Positions 27,898 through 37,663 are shown, counted from the first letter of the stretch. The stretch: 64,000 bases of DNA from Candidatus Levyibacteriota bacterium (GCA_049519175.1 JBEKQZ010000002.1:6782-70781); one strand, 5' to 3'. Translations and numbers: made by a program. Notes: a model not told the origin generated them from the letters alone.

Positions 27898-28710
27898 ATG
27901 GCTGTTCGGCATTATCACCACCATTATCATTTTAGCTATTTGACTTCCAAAAAACGCCATTTTTCTTCGACTTTAATCGTCATCGCGGTTTTGACGTTGA
28001 TACTACTGGTTTTGTTCCATTACGTCACGCCCCAGCGTGCTTTGAACTTAAATCAGCTCTCCCCAACGATTATTCTTTTAGCTTCATTTAACACTCTTTT
28101 CCGGTTGTTAGTGGCTTACGCTTTATCTTTAGTTTTATCTCTTCCGATTGCGCTTTTAATTACCAAAAGTGAACGGATAGAACGGATTCTGCTGCCGATT
28201 ACCGACATTCTTCAATCGGTGCCGGTGCTAGCTTTTTTCCCAATTATCGTTTTGGTGTTTATTAAACTAAACGCCAGCGAAGGCGCAGTTATTTTTATTT
28301 TGTTTATGGCAATGCTCTGGAATTTGGTTTTTTCGATGATTGGCGGTTTAAAAACCATTCCCAAAGACATTCTGGACGCCGCCACCATTTTTAAAATTAA
28401 AGGTTTAATGAAACTGCGATACGTCACCATTCCGGCCATTTTTCCGTTTATTATTACCGGTTCGCTGTTGGCTTGGGCGCAGGGCTGGAGCCTTTTGATT
28501 GTCGCCGAAGCTCTGCATACCTATATTCCCGGCGGCGTAATGAATAATGACCCGTTAGGCTTGGGCAGTTTATTGGTAAACGCTTTTTATCAGGGACAAA
28601 ATTCCGTTTTTCTGGGCGCTTTGATTACGATGATTATTTTGATTACCTTGATTAATTTTTTTGTCTGGCAAAAACTGCTGCGTCTGGCGGAAAGGTTTAA
28701 ATTTGACTAA
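27898..28710 (+). CDS. ABC transporter permease (NitT/TauT/SsuC-like family)
   Basis: Six TM segments and an EAA-like loop (ILDAATIFKIKGLMKLRYVTIPAI). Confidence 0.8.
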   Translation: MAVRHYHHHYHFSYLTSKKRHFSSTLIVIAVLTLILLVLFHYVTPQRALNLNQLSPTIILLASFNTLFRLLVAYALSLVLSLPIALLITKSERIERILLPITDILQSVPVLAFFPIIVLVFIKLNASEGAVIFILFMAMLWNLVFSMIGGLKTIPKDILDAATIFKIKGLMKLRYVTIPAIFPFIITGSLLAWAQGWSLLIVAEALHTYIPGGVMNNDPLGLGSLLVNAFYQGQNSVFLGALITMIILITLINFFVWQKLLRLAERFKFD

Positions 28711-29413
28711 AATTATTGATTTTAAAAGTGTAACGCGCGCTTACGAAACGGCCAAAGTCACCGCCATTTCGGATGTTAGTTTTACGGTTGATGAAGGCGA
28801 ATTCTTTTGTCTGGTTGGCCCCTCAGGCTGCGGCAAATCGACGACATTGAGGCTAATCGGCGGCATTGAACCGGCAACTTCGGGGACAATGGAAAAGCCA
28901 AGCGAAGTCTCAATGGTCTTTCAATCCGGCGCGCTTTTGCCCTGGATGAGCGTTGAAGAAAATGTTTCGTTTGTTAATAAAGTCCGTAATATGTCACAAA
29001 TGAAAATTGATGAGCAAACCACCAAATATCTAAAAATGGTGGATTTGGAAGCTTTCCGTTTTAGATACCCAAGAGAACTTTCCGGTGGGCAAAGACAAAG
29101 AGTTGGTATTGCCCGAGCCTTAGCGGTTGAGCCGAAAGTACTCCTTCTTGATGAGCCGTTTTCGGCGTTAGATCCGGTGACGACTGACGAATTACACGAG
29201 TGTCTATTAAAAGTCTGGCAGGAGACAAAAAAGACCATCGTGATGGTTTCCCATTCCATTGAAGAAGCGCTCTTCTTGTCCGACAGAATTGCAGTGATGA
29301 AACAAGGCGGCATTAAAGAAATCTTGGCAGTGGACCTAAAACGCCCGCGAAACGAAGGGGCAAAAGACTTTTTACAACTCTTAGATAAAATAAAATCCCT
29401 CCTCGAAAATTGA
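28661..29413 (+). CDS. ABC transporter ATP-binding protein (NitT/TauT family)
   Basis: Walker A GPSGCGKST, ABC signature LSGGQRQRV, Walker B LLLDEPFSALD. The real start may be the TTG at 28703 overlapping the permease stop, rather than the ATG at 28661. Confidence 0.85.
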   Translation: MSGKNCCVWRKGLNLTKIIDFKSVTRAYETAKVTAISDVSFTVDEGEFFCLVGPSGCGKSTTLRLIGGIEPATSGTMEKPSEVSMVFQSGALLPWMSVEENVSFVNKVRNMSQMKIDEQTTKYLKMVDLEAFRFRYPRELSGGQRQRVGIARALAVEPKVLLLDEPFSALDPVTTDELHECLLKVWQETKKTIVMVSHSIEEALFLSDRIAVMKQGGIKEILAVDLKRPRNEGAKDFLQLLDKIKSLLEN

Positions 29414-29454
29414 TTAATATAGGACTTTTTGTTATAATTATCCCGCCTAAGAAT

Positions 29455-29877
29455 ATGAATATAGCAGAAACGCAATGTCAAAAATGTCCGGTCAGACAAG
29501 ACTGTGCGGAAGAACTACAGACAATGCCTGACGAAGATAAAACAGTTAGGGCACAAACTTGTCCGCCTCAAACCAAAACAGTTAGACTTTACAAAGGATA
29601 TGCTCAAAACGAAATTTCTTTTAAAGACGCGTTAAGCGGATTATCAAATATTAGACAGGACGTTTACGTTAGATACCATTGCCCTCTTGGCGAGCGAAGA
29701 CTATTTGTTGATACGCTAGAAAAACTGATTACTCCGCGACGAGACCAATTGGTTATTTTTCCTCCAACTCCATTAGTCGATGTTTATGTAAAAGGAGAGA
29801 TCCAATCAGCTAATGCCACTCGCCAAGAGATGCGAAGGTTTGCTAGAGAAAGAAGAACACACGGGAGCGGGCGCTAG
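29455..29877 (+). CDS. hypothetical Cys-containing protein
   Basis: The track ORF starts at 29410, but the likely start is the Met at 29455 (MNIAETQCQKCPV). No motif. Confidence 0.4.
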   Translation: MNIAETQCQKCPVRQDCAEELQTMPDEDKTVRAQTCPPQTKTVRLYKGYAQNEISFKDALSGLSNIRQDVYVRYHCPLGERRLFVDTLEKLITPRRDQLVIFPPTPLVDVYVKGEIQSANATRQEMRRFARERRTHGSGR

Positions 29878-30509
29878 AATAAAAATAAAGTTGAGAATAA
29901 ACCCATTGCCAAACCTAACAGCGAACCCCCGATAACGTCCGACAGCCAGTGCTCTCCCAGATAAATTCGCGAAGTAAACATTGCCACATCAAAAACAATC
30001 ACCAACAGATAAATTAAATTCCGGCTCTCTTTGGAAAGCTTTTTGGAATAATGTGTTAGTAACAAGATAATAATTGAAATAAACATCGTTCTGGCTAAAT
30101 GTCCCGACGGATAAGAAGACCCCGGCTGGATATACGACGACGGAAAAACAAACCCTAAATCGTATTTAAAAAACAAAAACGGCGGCCCCGGATGGGATAC
30201 AAAGGCTTTACTACAAAACTCAATCAAATGAATTAAGCCAAAAAAGAAAAGAACAAAAATAAACCTCAATTTCTTAATAAATACCCAAAAAATAAGCAAT
30301 ATTACACTTACAATTTCTAGACTTCCGACGAGACTCAACAGTGAAAACGGAGTCGTAAAAATCTCCGGGATCTTATTTTGCAAACGGGATGTTGTATCAA
30401 AATCTAGCTGGGTAAAAATATTCCCGCGAACAAAATATGAGAATATAATAAAGATTATAAAAATAGCTATTCCACACCAGAAGACGGACAGACGGCGGTT
30501 TTTCATCAC
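29874..30509 (-). CDS. PAP2-superfamily membrane phosphatase (undecaprenyl/phosphatidate phosphatase-like)
   Basis: PAP2 motifs YPSGH and GEHWLSDVIGG. Six TM helices. Confidence 0.75.
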   Translation of the reverse strand: MMKNRRLSVFWCGIAIFIIFIIFSYFVRGNIFTQLDFDTTSRLQNKIPEIFTTPFSLLSLVGSLEIVSVILLIFWVFIKKLRFIFVLFFFGLIHLIEFCSKAFVSHPGPPFLFFKYDLGFVFPSSYIQPGSSYPSGHLARTMFISIIILLLTHYSKKLSKESRNLIYLLVIVFDVAMFTSRIYLGEHWLSDVIGGSLLGLAMGLFSTLFLF

Positions 30510-31387
30510 TCTAGATTTAGTTCCTTTAAAAACTGTTTCAGTTCCCCACCAATGTCGGGATGTTTTAATCCTAGTTCAATTGCAGTCTTCATATACTCTA
30601 GCTTATTCCCCGTATCGTAATATTTAGCATTTTCAATTTCAACTGCGAAAACTGGCACTCCTTTATTTTTTAGGATGTTGATAGCATCGGTTAACCAAAT
30701 TTCTCCACCTTTACCAGGATTTAAATTTTTTAATGCTTCAAAAATTTCCGGCGGCAAAATATATCCCCCATGAGTAGCTAAATTTGAAGGCGCTTCGTCC
30801 GGCTCCGGCTTTTCGACAATAGCATTGATTTTATAAACATTTCCTTCAACCTTTGTGACATCGGCAATTCCATACCTTTTTAGATCTTCTTTCTTTTTGA
30901 TCCGCACCCCCGAAATTACAATGCCACCATATTTTTCGTAAACATCCACCATCTGCTTAAGTCTTGGCGGCGTGGAATAAATAAATTCATCTCCCCACAA
31001 AACTGCAAACGCTTCGTCTTCAATTGCCGGCTCGGCCGACAAAATTGGGGTTCCGTTACCATAAGGGCCTTTTTGCCGAATGTAAATAAAGTTGGCCATT
31101 TCCGAAAGCCTGGTGATTTGTTCAACGAAATTTGTTTTTCCGCTCTCCACTAAATTTCTTAAAAGTTCGGCGTTAGGAACATCAAAATGATCCTCAATCG
31201 CCCGCTTTGCCGAACCGGTAACTATAATAACGTCGCGGATTCCCGAGTCAACTGCTTCCTCAACCACATATTGAATAACCGGCTTATCGACAATCGGCAA
31301 CATTTCCTTGGGCATGGCTTTGGTCTGGGGCAAAAAGCGGGTTCCGAAGCCTGCCGCGGGAATTACCACTTTTCTAATTTTCTTCAT
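30506..31387 (-). CDS. galU: UTP--glucose-1-phosphate uridylyltransferase
   Basis: The N-terminus KVVIPAAGFGTRFLPQTKAMPKEMLPIVDKP is diagnostic of GalU. Confidence 0.9.
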   Translation of the reverse strand: MKKIRKVVIPAAGFGTRFLPQTKAMPKEMLPIVDKPVIQYVVEEAVDSGIRDVIIVTGSAKRAIEDHFDVPNAELLRNLVESGKTNFVEQITRLSEMANFIYIRQKGPYGNGTPILSAEPAIEDEAFAVLWGDEFIYSTPPRLKQMVDVYEKYGGIVISGVRIKKKEDLKRYGIADVTKVEGNVYKINAIVEKPEPDEAPSNLATHGGYILPPEIFEALKNLNPGKGGEIWLTDAINILKNKGVPVFAVEIENAKYYDTGNKLEYMKTAIELGLKHPDIGGELKQFLKELNLE

Positions 31388-31433
31388 GCGTATATTTGAT
31401 TGTAAAGCCTGCGCCTCTCCCTGTCAACTTCTA

Positions 31434-31462
31434 CTTTACATGCTACTAAATTTCTGTTAAAA
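31434..31462 (+). promoter_or_regulatory. secE-nusG-rplKA promoter candidate (TTTACA-N17-TAAAAT with a TG extension)
   Basis: TTTACAtgctactaaatttctgtTAAAAT lies ~48 nt upstream of secE. Confidence 0.5.
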
Positions 31463-31509
31463 TGTTGACAAATCCCATAAACTCTTTGTTAGGTTAGGGA
31501 TTTTAATTT

Positions 31510-31698
31510 ATGGCGACTACACCAGTAGTTTTCTTAAAAGAAGTTCGGGATGAACTTAGAAAAGTGGTTTGGCCCACCCGGGACGAAGTAATCAGACTAA
31601 CGGGCGTAGTTATTCTAATCAGCGTTGGCGTCGGACTCTTTTTGGGCGCGGTCGACTTTATTTTGACAAAACTAGTCGGACTGTTAATCACCAGATAA
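31510..31698 (+). CDS. secE: preprotein translocase subunit SecE
   Basis: 62 aa, one TM helix, and the EVRDELRKVVWPTRDE motif. It lies upstream of nusG. Confidence 0.9.
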   Translation: MATTPVVFLKEVRDELRKVVWPTRDEVIRLTGVVILISVGVGLFLGAVDFILTKLVGLLITR

Positions 31699-31701
31699 AC
31701 T

Positions 31702-32520
31702 ATGGACGATACAAATAAAACACCAGCAGAAAAAGTGGAAGAAACCGCAAAAACGGAAGAAATACCAGTTGCTGAACAACCGGTTGCGGAAGCTCCCGCG
31801 GTGAAGGAAAAAGTTGAGCCTGAACCAGCTGCCGCAGAAACTCCAGTTGAAGAGAAATTGATTGAAGCTCCTAACGAACCTGAAATCGAAACTAAAGAAG
31901 GAGAGGGCGAGGTTGCTCCCGCCGAAGAAGTAGTTTTACAAGAAACTGAGCCAAAAGAAACAAAAGCCGCAACGAATGAACCCAAATCCCCTAGCGATCT
32001 AGCGAAATGGTATATTGTGCATACTTACTCCGGTCACGAAAATAAAGTTTCCAAATCTTTAAAGCAAAGAATTGAGTCGATGGGATTTGAAAACCGCATT
32101 TTCGACATTATTGTTCCGGTCAGAGATACAGTTAAAGTTTCGCAAGGCAAAAAAGAAAACGTCAAAGAAAAAATTTTCCCCGGCTACGTTCTGGTGAAAA
32201 TGATTCTGGACGACGAATCGTGGCTGTTGGTTAGAACCACTCAGGGCGTGACCGCTTTTATCGGCGCCGGCAACAAACCAACCCCGATTTCCGACAAAGA
32301 AGTCGCGGCGATTCAGAAGTTTATGGCCACCGAAGAGCCGCTATACAAAACCGCTTTTGTCACCGGCGAAGCAGTTAAGATTACCGACGGGCCGTTTACC
32401 GATTTTCTTGGCACTATCGACAACATCGACGAAGCCAAAGGTAAACTCAAGGTTTTAGTGAGTATTTTCGGACGCGAAACACCGGTTGAACTAGACTTTT
32501 TACAGGTCAGCAAACTCTAA
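31702..32520 (+). CDS. nusG: transcription termination/antitermination factor NusG with a ~95-aa acidic N-terminal extension
   Basis: NGN domain KWYIVHTYSGHENKV and a KOW motif (GEAVKITDGPFTDFLGTI). The extension is E/P-rich. Confidence 0.9.
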   Translation: MDDTNKTPAEKVEETAKTEEIPVAEQPVAEAPAVKEKVEPEPAAAETPVEEKLIEAPNEPEIETKEGEGEVAPAEEVVLQETEPKETKAATNEPKSPSDLAKWYIVHTYSGHENKVSKSLKQRIESMGFENRIFDIIVPVRDTVKVSQGKKENVKEKIFPGYVLVKMILDDESWLLVRTTQGVTAFIGAGNKPTPISDKEVAAIQKFMATEEPLYKTAFVTGEAVKITDGPFTDFLGTIDNIDEAKGKLKVLVSIFGRETPVELDFLQVSKL

Positions 32521-32624
32521 AATGGTTCTTTCCAAATTTCGCAGAAATTTGAGAGGAGAAATTTGCCGAAAAGCCGAAATTCGAACAAAGTGAGAATGCA
32601 AGCGCTAGGCAATATTTTGACGAT

Positions 32625-33047
32625 ATGGCCAAAAAAATTAAAACATTAATTAAAATCAATATTCCCGCGGGAGCGGCCACGCCTGCGCCACCGGTTGGCA
32701 CGGCGCTTGGTCCGCACGGGCTGCCGATTATGGAATTCGTCAAGGCGTTTAACGACCGCACTGCCGATCAAAAAGGCACCATTGTACCGGCTGTGATTAC
32801 TGTTTACGAAGACCGCACTTTTTCGTTTATCGTTAAAAAGTCACCGATTGCCGAAATGATTAAGAAAATAATGAATTTAGAAAAAGGTTCGGGCAAACCG
32901 GGCAATGAATCGGCCGGAACGCTGACAAAAGCGCAAGCCGAGCAAATTGCCAAAGACAAATTGGAAGACTTGAACACCGATGAAGTCAGTCAGGCAGTAA
33001 AAATTGTGGAAGGAGTTGCCCGTTCAATGGGCATTAAGGTAGCGTAA
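32625..33047 (+). CDS. rplK: 50S ribosomal protein L11
   Basis: PAGAATPAPPVGTALGPHG and the conserved L11 N-terminus. Confidence 0.95.
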   Translation: MAKKIKTLIKINIPAGAATPAPPVGTALGPHGLPIMEFVKAFNDRTADQKGTIVPAVITVYEDRTFSFIVKKSPIAEMIKKIMNLEKGSGKPGNESAGTLTKAQAEQIAKDKLEDLNTDEVSQAVKIVEGVARSMGIKVA

Positions 33048-33048
33048 T

Positions 33049-33861
33049 ATGGGAAAGATTAGAGTTAAAACTTTCGGCGACGAAGAGTTAGAACAAAAAC
33101 AACAGGCAAAAGCCCAAAAACGCAAAGAGGCCAAAAAAGCCGCTAAAGGCGTGGTGGCTGAACCAAAGGTTGAAGAAGTTGAAAAGAAAGTTGAGGAAGA
33201 AATCAAAGCTGAAGAAGCGCCAAAAGAAGAACGGAAAATCGTGGCAGAACCCCGCAAAAAACAAAAAGAACAAGCTGCTTTCCGTTCCCAGAAATATCAG
33301 GCGCTTTCCGGTCAGTTTGACAGAATTAAAACTTATTCCATTAAAGAAGCTTTGGAGCTTTTGGAAAAGCTACAACGCAAATCCTTTGACGAAACAGTCG
33401 AATTGCATTTAAACACGCTTACAAGCGGTATTTCCGGACAGATAACGCTCCCCCACGGCACCGGCAAAACCACCCAGGTTGCCATTACCACCGACACCTT
33501 AATTGCCGAAGTGGAAAAAGGGATTATCAATTTTGATGTTTTGGTGGCCGAACCGGCGATGATGGCAAAATTAGCCAAAGTCGCCAAGGTTTTGGGACCA
33601 AGAGGTTTAATGCCAAATCCGAAAAACGGCACTATTACGCCAAAGCCGGAAGAAGTCGCCAAAAAATACGCCGGCGGACAAATTAACTTTAAAACCGAGG
33701 CTAAAGCGCCGATTATGCACTTAACCGTCGGCAAAATGTCGTTTGGCCCGGAAAAACTGTCGGAAAACATTGAAGCTTTAATCGCCGCTGTCAAAAAACC
33801 TAACATCGTCAACGCCACTTTGAAATCAACGATGTCCCCGGGTCTAAAAATACGCATCTAA
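33049..33861 (+). CDS. rplA: 50S ribosomal protein L1 with a Lys/Glu-rich N-terminal extension
   Basis: L1 core VELHLNTL...PHGTGKT...GPRGLMPNPKNGT. The N-terminal ~60 aa are KE-rich. Confidence 0.9.
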   Translation: MGKIRVKTFGDEELEQKQQAKAQKRKEAKKAAKGVVAEPKVEEVEKKVEEEIKAEEAPKEERKIVAEPRKKQKEQAAFRSQKYQALSGQFDRIKTYSIKEALELLEKLQRKSFDETVELHLNTLTSGISGQITLPHGTGKTTQVAITTDTLIAEVEKGIINFDVLVAEPAMMAKLAKVAKVLGPRGLMPNPKNGTITPKPEEVAKKYAGGQINFKTEAKAPIMHLTVGKMSFGPEKLSENIEALIAAVKKPNIVNATLKSTMSPGLKIRI

Positions 33862-33871
33862 TCTCGGCCTA

Positions 33872-33900
33872 TTGACAAAAAGGGTACTCCGCAGTAGAAT
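33872..33900 (+). promoter_or_regulatory. sigma70-like promoter (TTGACA-N17-TAGAAT) driving the inserted hypothetical genes
   Basis: TTGACAaaaagggtactccgcagTAGAAT lies 10 nt upstream of the ATG at 33910. Confidence 0.5.
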
Positions 33901-33909
33901 CTCTCCAAT

Positions 33910-34515
33910 ATGCCAAGTTCCCTAGCGGAAACAGAAGCAGTAACGGCATTAGGAGGATACCATGCCACTCGCCACGATGACAGCCCGCAACCGCCACCTC
34001 AAGGAGAAATTAGCTTTGGCTTTGCTCCAACACCTGTTGCTAAACCGGAAACTTTACCGTTTTCAGAAACTGAAATTGTAGTCCAAAATCAGATTAGGAC
34101 AGCGATAACCGGTTTAAGGACCGGCTTACCTTCGGGTCTCCGCTTTCCAGGCTGCGTTTTTTGCTATACAGGCGAGAGAACTACAGGCGAGCATCGGCAA
34201 CCGGGTGAGAGAATAGCAATTGTAGATAACGCCGGCAAAATGGTGATGATGGAAGCTTTTGAACAGAATTGTTGGGGAGAATGGGACCTTGATACTGCTA
34301 AGACTGTGCCTACGACAGGCATGGACGTCCGTTGTTATGCTATCGAGCTTATGACTATAATAGCTGATAGGTTTAAAAAGGTAAAGTTACCGATAGCCAA
34401 AGACAGGAAAACTCTAAAAGCGGTAAAGCGAGATTTAAGAACAATCACAGAAGCTAAACAAGCTATTTCAGATTTGCTAGCCAGACCTGTTCAATCCGAT
34501 GATTTCGCCGCGTAA
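33910..34515 (+). CDS. hypothetical protein (201 aa) inserted between rplA and rplJ
   Basis: No motif. It has its own promoter. Confidence 0.5.
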   Translation: MPSSLAETEAVTALGGYHATRHDDSPQPPPQGEISFGFAPTPVAKPETLPFSETEIVVQNQIRTAITGLRTGLPSGLRFPGCVFCYTGERTTGEHRQPGERIAIVDNAGKMVMMEAFEQNCWGEWDLDTAKTVPTTGMDVRCYAIELMTIIADRFKKVKLPIAKDRKTLKAVKRDLRTITEAKQAISDLLARPVQSDDFAA

Positions 34516-34555
34516 AATTTGACAAATTCCCCTTTTTGCCCTATTATCCGAAGCT

Positions 34556-34777
34556 ATGGAAAGAGGACTTGGTTTTGGCAGACTTATTGAACAAACAGCT
34601 AATAAGTTAACTCATCTTAGCTCACGAGAGAAAAATAACTTGGGCGAAGGTCTTTTGGCAGTTGCCGCTTTTATTCTCGTGTGCTCGACTGCTGGATTTG
34701 GCAATTTAGGCGGATACGTAGCGCTTGGAACAGCAGCTTTGACCGCTGTCGCCGGAGCAGCAGTAAGACTTAGATGA
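34556..34777 (+). CDS. small hypothetical membrane protein (73 aa)
   Basis: One or two hydrophobic helices with a Gly/Ala-rich zipper (GAAVRLR). Confidence 0.35.
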   Translation: MERGLGFGRLIEQTANKLTHLSSREKNNLGEGLLAVAAFILVCSTAGFGNLGGYVALGTAALTAVAGAAVRLR

Positions 34778-34819
34778 TTTCTTGACACCTAAATCAATAT
34801 AGGATATAATTCTTTTCTT

Positions 34820-35026
34820 ATGGCAACGTCACCCGAAAACCGACCTTATGGCTTAATGGATAATACGGCTGCCTTTCTGTCTGCCTTAATAACTCCATTC
34901 ATAGCTATTTATATTGCTTACTACGATACTAAAATCGCTTTATTAAGTTTAGCTGCCGGAGAAATCGCCGCAAGGACAATTTATGTCGTAGGAAAAAATC
35001 GACACAAAAACGCTTCCCACTCTTAA
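34820..35026 (+). CDS. small hypothetical membrane protein (68 aa)
   Basis: Hydrophobic core FLSALITPFIAIYIAYY. Confidence 0.35.
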   Translation: MATSPENRPYGLMDNTAAFLSALITPFIAIYIAYYDTKIALLSLAAGEIAARTIYVVGKNRHKNASHS

Positions 35027-35033
35027 TTCCCGA

Positions 35034-35987
35034 ATGGCCCTTCTGCCTAAATTTATGCACGAAAAACCACAGCCAAACCCAAATCCCAGCCGGATTGATA
35101 AAGCGGTTGGAAATATTTTATATGAAGCCGCAACAGCTGTTGCTCAGTGGAAAATAATTGACCCCAACCACTATCTGGATATGGCGATTGATGTTTTATA
35201 TCCATGGCCGAAAGATTTAAAAACGCCCGGCGGAGTAATAATCGGCATAAATCATACCAGCATGAAAGACGCGATAATTGGAGCAAGAATTATAAGCGAA
35301 AAACTAACTAATCCTAACCGTGGTATGGGAGTTGTCACTGTAAAATATTTTGACGAAACCAGAAAGGATTTCCGCTTTGGCAAGGCTTTCGCATGGGCAA
35401 CTTCTAAAATACAAGTTGGTGTCGGTTTCGAATTAACACATGTTGTGCGACCGGGAGAAGAAAGTGCATATTACGCAATGCCCGAACATGCCGCAATTAT
35501 TGATAACAAAACACCGGATGAGTTTAATTTTGCTTCCAACATGAAAGCTGTAAGAAGAATTAGAAAAGGCACAGTAGAGGTTATTGCTCCGGAGACAACC
35601 AGAAGCGCCACCGGGGAGCTTGCTAAAACCAGTGAGATAGATGCGATGCTACGATTATCGGGAGACAAAAGTGTTTTTCTGCCACTTGGACTGGTTCCTG
35701 TCCCTCATGAAAAAGGAATCATTGGCGAAATTAAACGTCTTTTAACAAAAGTCGAAGTAAGAGTTGGCAGACCGATGACATATCAAGAATTAGTGGACGA
35801 AACAGAAACTAACAATGCATACCTTGCACCTTTACTTGTCAAAATAAACGCCGGAAGGGATGAAGAACATCAGCTTACACCATTAACCGTTAGCGACACG
35901 ATGATGTTGCAGATTGCTAAATTGCTTCCGGAAAATTACCGGGGATATTACAAAAAATACGTAAGTCTCTTAAAAGAGATTAACTAA
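35034..35987 (+). CDS. hypothetical protein with a PlsC-like acyltransferase HX4D motif (GINHTSMKD)
   Basis: NHTSMKD resembles the NHxSxxD motif of lysophospholipid acyltransferases. Otherwise unassigned. Confidence 0.45.
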   Translation: MALLPKFMHEKPQPNPNPSRIDKAVGNILYEAATAVAQWKIIDPNHYLDMAIDVLYPWPKDLKTPGGVIIGINHTSMKDAIIGARIISEKLTNPNRGMGVVTVKYFDETRKDFRFGKAFAWATSKIQVGVGFELTHVVRPGEESAYYAMPEHAAIIDNKTPDEFNFASNMKAVRRIRKGTVEVIAPETTRSATGELAKTSEIDAMLRLSGDKSVFLPLGLVPVPHEKGIIGEIKRLLTKVEVRVGRPMTYQELVDETETNNAYLAPLLVKINAGRDEEHQLTPLTVSDTMMLQIAKLLPENYRGYYKKYVSLLKEIN

Positions 35988-35991
35988 CCCT

Positions 35992-36020
35992 TGACGCAAG
36001 TGAATTCTTCTGGTAAACTA
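35992..36020 (+). promoter_or_regulatory. rplJL promoter candidate (TTGACG-N17-TAAACT)
   Basis: Lies ~210 nt upstream of rplJ, consistent with a long L10 leader. Confidence 0.35.
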
Positions 36021-36146
36021 CTAAAACCTAAGACAGCGGGTTGAGCAAAGCAAAATCCTGAGCGAATAACGAAGGACAAACTTTAATCTATAAATCCCAC
36101 CGAGGCAACATTAGTATTTAGAATCAAGTATCTAGTATTAAGTATT

Positions 36147-36168
36147 GCGCTCGGATGAGCGCTTTTTT
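36147..36168 (+). terminator. leader hairpin + U6 (GCGCUCGGAUGAGCGC-UUUUUU): candidate attenuator in the rplJ (L10) leader
   Basis: Perfect 6-bp stem with a GGAU loop followed by TTTTTT, 60 nt upstream of the rplJ start. This is analogous to the L10 leader attenuator known in other bacteria. Confidence 0.5.
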
Positions 36169-36228
36169 AATGTTTGAAAATTAAATCATTCATTAGAAAT
36201 TAGGAATTAAAAATTAGAAATTAAACTT

Positions 36229-36927
36229 ATGGACACAAAAGTTACAGCTAACAGACAAAAGAAAATCGCCATCGTTGCCGGACTAAACGAAAAAATCGCC
36301 CGTTCTAAAGCGATTATTTTTACCAATTTTGAAAAAGTCACCCACAAACAACTCGAAACTCTAAAAAAAGCCATCAAACCAATGGAAGCCGAATACGTCG
36401 TTGCCAAAAACTCTTTGATTTTAAGAGCTTTGGAAGAAAATAAGATTAAATTAGAAGGCGAAAATCCGCTCGTTGGCCCAACCGGCACGCTTTTACTTTA
36501 CGGAGATGTTGTCTCTCCATTAAAGCAATTGGCCAAAACCATTAAGGAATTGGGATTATTGAACGTTAAATTAGGGATTATGGAGAATAAATTTTTAACC
36601 GGAGAGCAGGTTCTAAAGATTTCCGCTCTTCCCACGCGAGATGTTTTACTGGCGCAAATCGCGGCCGGACTATTGTCCCCAATTTCGGGATTGCACCGCG
36701 CTTTAAATTGGAATTTGCAGAAATTAGTGATGACTTTGGGCGCAGTGGCTAAGAATAAACCCGCCGTTGCAGTTGTCGAAAAGAAAATTGAAGAAGTGAA
36801 AGCAGAAATGCCGGCAAGTGAACCGGAAACAATTTTGGCTGAAACTGCAGAAGAAAAAGCCGCAGAAGAACCAGCTCAAACAGAAGAAGTTAAAGAAGAA
36901 GTGAAAAGCGAAGGGGGTGAGAATTGA
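36229..36927 (+). CDS. rplJ: 50S ribosomal protein L10 with an acidic C-terminal extension
   Basis: L10 core ([35 protein letters not shown]...). It overlaps rplL by 4 nt. Confidence 0.9.
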   Translation: MDTKVTANRQKKIAIVAGLNEKIARSKAIIFTNFEKVTHKQLETLKKAIKPMEAEYVVAKNSLILRALEENKIKLEGENPLVGPTGTLLLYGDVVSPLKQLAKTIKELGLLNVKLGIMENKFLTGEQVLKISALPTRDVLLAQIAAGLLSPISGLHRALNWNLQKLVMTLGAVAKNKPAVAVVEKKIEEVKAEMPASEPETILAETAEEKAAEEPAQTEEVKEEVKSEGGEN

Positions 36928-37319
36928 TGGCAAAAATATCGCAGGAAGATTTATTAAAAACAGTTGAAGAAATGTCAGTTCTCGAACTCTCTGAATTCGT
37001 TAAGAAATTGGAAGAAAAATTCGGAGTTAGTGCCGCCGCAATGGCAGTTGCCCAACCGGCAGCAACAGGCGCTCCCGCAGAAGCCGGAGAGCCAGTTGAA
37101 GAACAAACCGTTTTTAATGTTGTAATTGCCAACGGAGGAGCAACTAAAATCGCAGTTATTAAAGCTTTAAGAGAATTAGTTCCAACTTTGGGACTCTCGG
37201 AAGCCAAAGGACTGGTCGACAGCGCTCCAAAGGAAGTAATGACAGCGGTCAACAAGAAAACAGCAGAAGAAGCTAAAGAAAAATTAACAGCAGCGGGCGC
37301 CACCGTTGAATTAAAATAG
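36924..37319 (+). CDS. rplL: 50S ribosomal protein L7/L12
   Basis: N-terminal dimerisation helix, an Ala/Pro hinge, and the C-terminal domain [24 protein letters not shown]. Confidence 0.95.
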   Translation: MMAKISQEDLLKTVEEMSVLELSEFVKKLEEKFGVSAAAMAVAQPAATGAPAEAGEPVEEQTVFNVVIANGGATKIAVIKALRELVPTLGLSEAKGLVDSAPKEVMTAVNKKTAEEAKEKLTAAGATVELK

Positions 37320-37343
37320 TTTCACTCTATTTTCTACAATTTT

Positions 37344-37383
37344 CCCCTCTCACAATAATTGTGAGGGGGATTTTTGTATTTTT
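37344..37383 (+). terminator. rho-independent terminator after rplL (CCCCUCUCACA-auaau-UGUGAGGGGG + U-tract)
   Basis: 10-11 bp GC-rich stem followed by atttttgtattttt. Confidence 0.7.
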
Positions 37384-37452
37384 GAACAAAATTGCCTCTT
37401 GACAATTATGTTATACTTTGTTACTTTATAGCTACTTACTTAGCATATTGAT

Positions 37453-37662
37453 ATGGCAGAACAACAACTTTCAATTAACAACCTACCCGACCTATTAACC
37501 GTTAGGGAAGTTGCGCAAATTTTAAGAGTCTCCCCTCTCACCATTAAACGCTGGGGCAAAAGAGGCAAACTTCCGGCCATCAGAATTAACAGTCGCGGCG
37601 ATCGAAGATACAAAAAAGAAGCCGTCCTCTGGCTCCTCGGCATCCAAGCAAAAGAAGAGTAA
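37453..37662 (+). CDS. excisionase/MerR-superfamily helix-turn-helix DNA-binding protein (69 aa)
   Basis: LLTVREVAQILRVSPLTIKRWGKRGKLPAIRIN is a winged-HTH excisionase-family pattern. A paralogue lies at 47913. Confidence 0.7.
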   Translation: MAEQQLSINNLPDLLTVREVAQILRVSPLTIKRWGKRGKLPAIRINSRGDRRYKKEAVLWLLGIQAKEE

Positions 37663-37663
37663 A

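Noticed and set aside
28921-29499. 192-aa minus ORF
   Set aside because: It is entirely antisense to the well-supported ABC ATPase gene.
33088-33412. Lys-rich and Phe-rich ORFs
   Set aside because: They are alternate-frame or antisense readings of the KE-rich N-terminal extension of rplA.
36724-37303. Minus-strand ORFs over the rplJ C-terminus and rplL
   Set aside because: They are antisense to highly conserved ribosomal protein genes.
37390-37452. TTGACA…TACTTT promoter-like sequence upstream of the HTH gene at 37453
   Set aside because: The -10 candidates are poor or the spacing is wrong. I did not call it.
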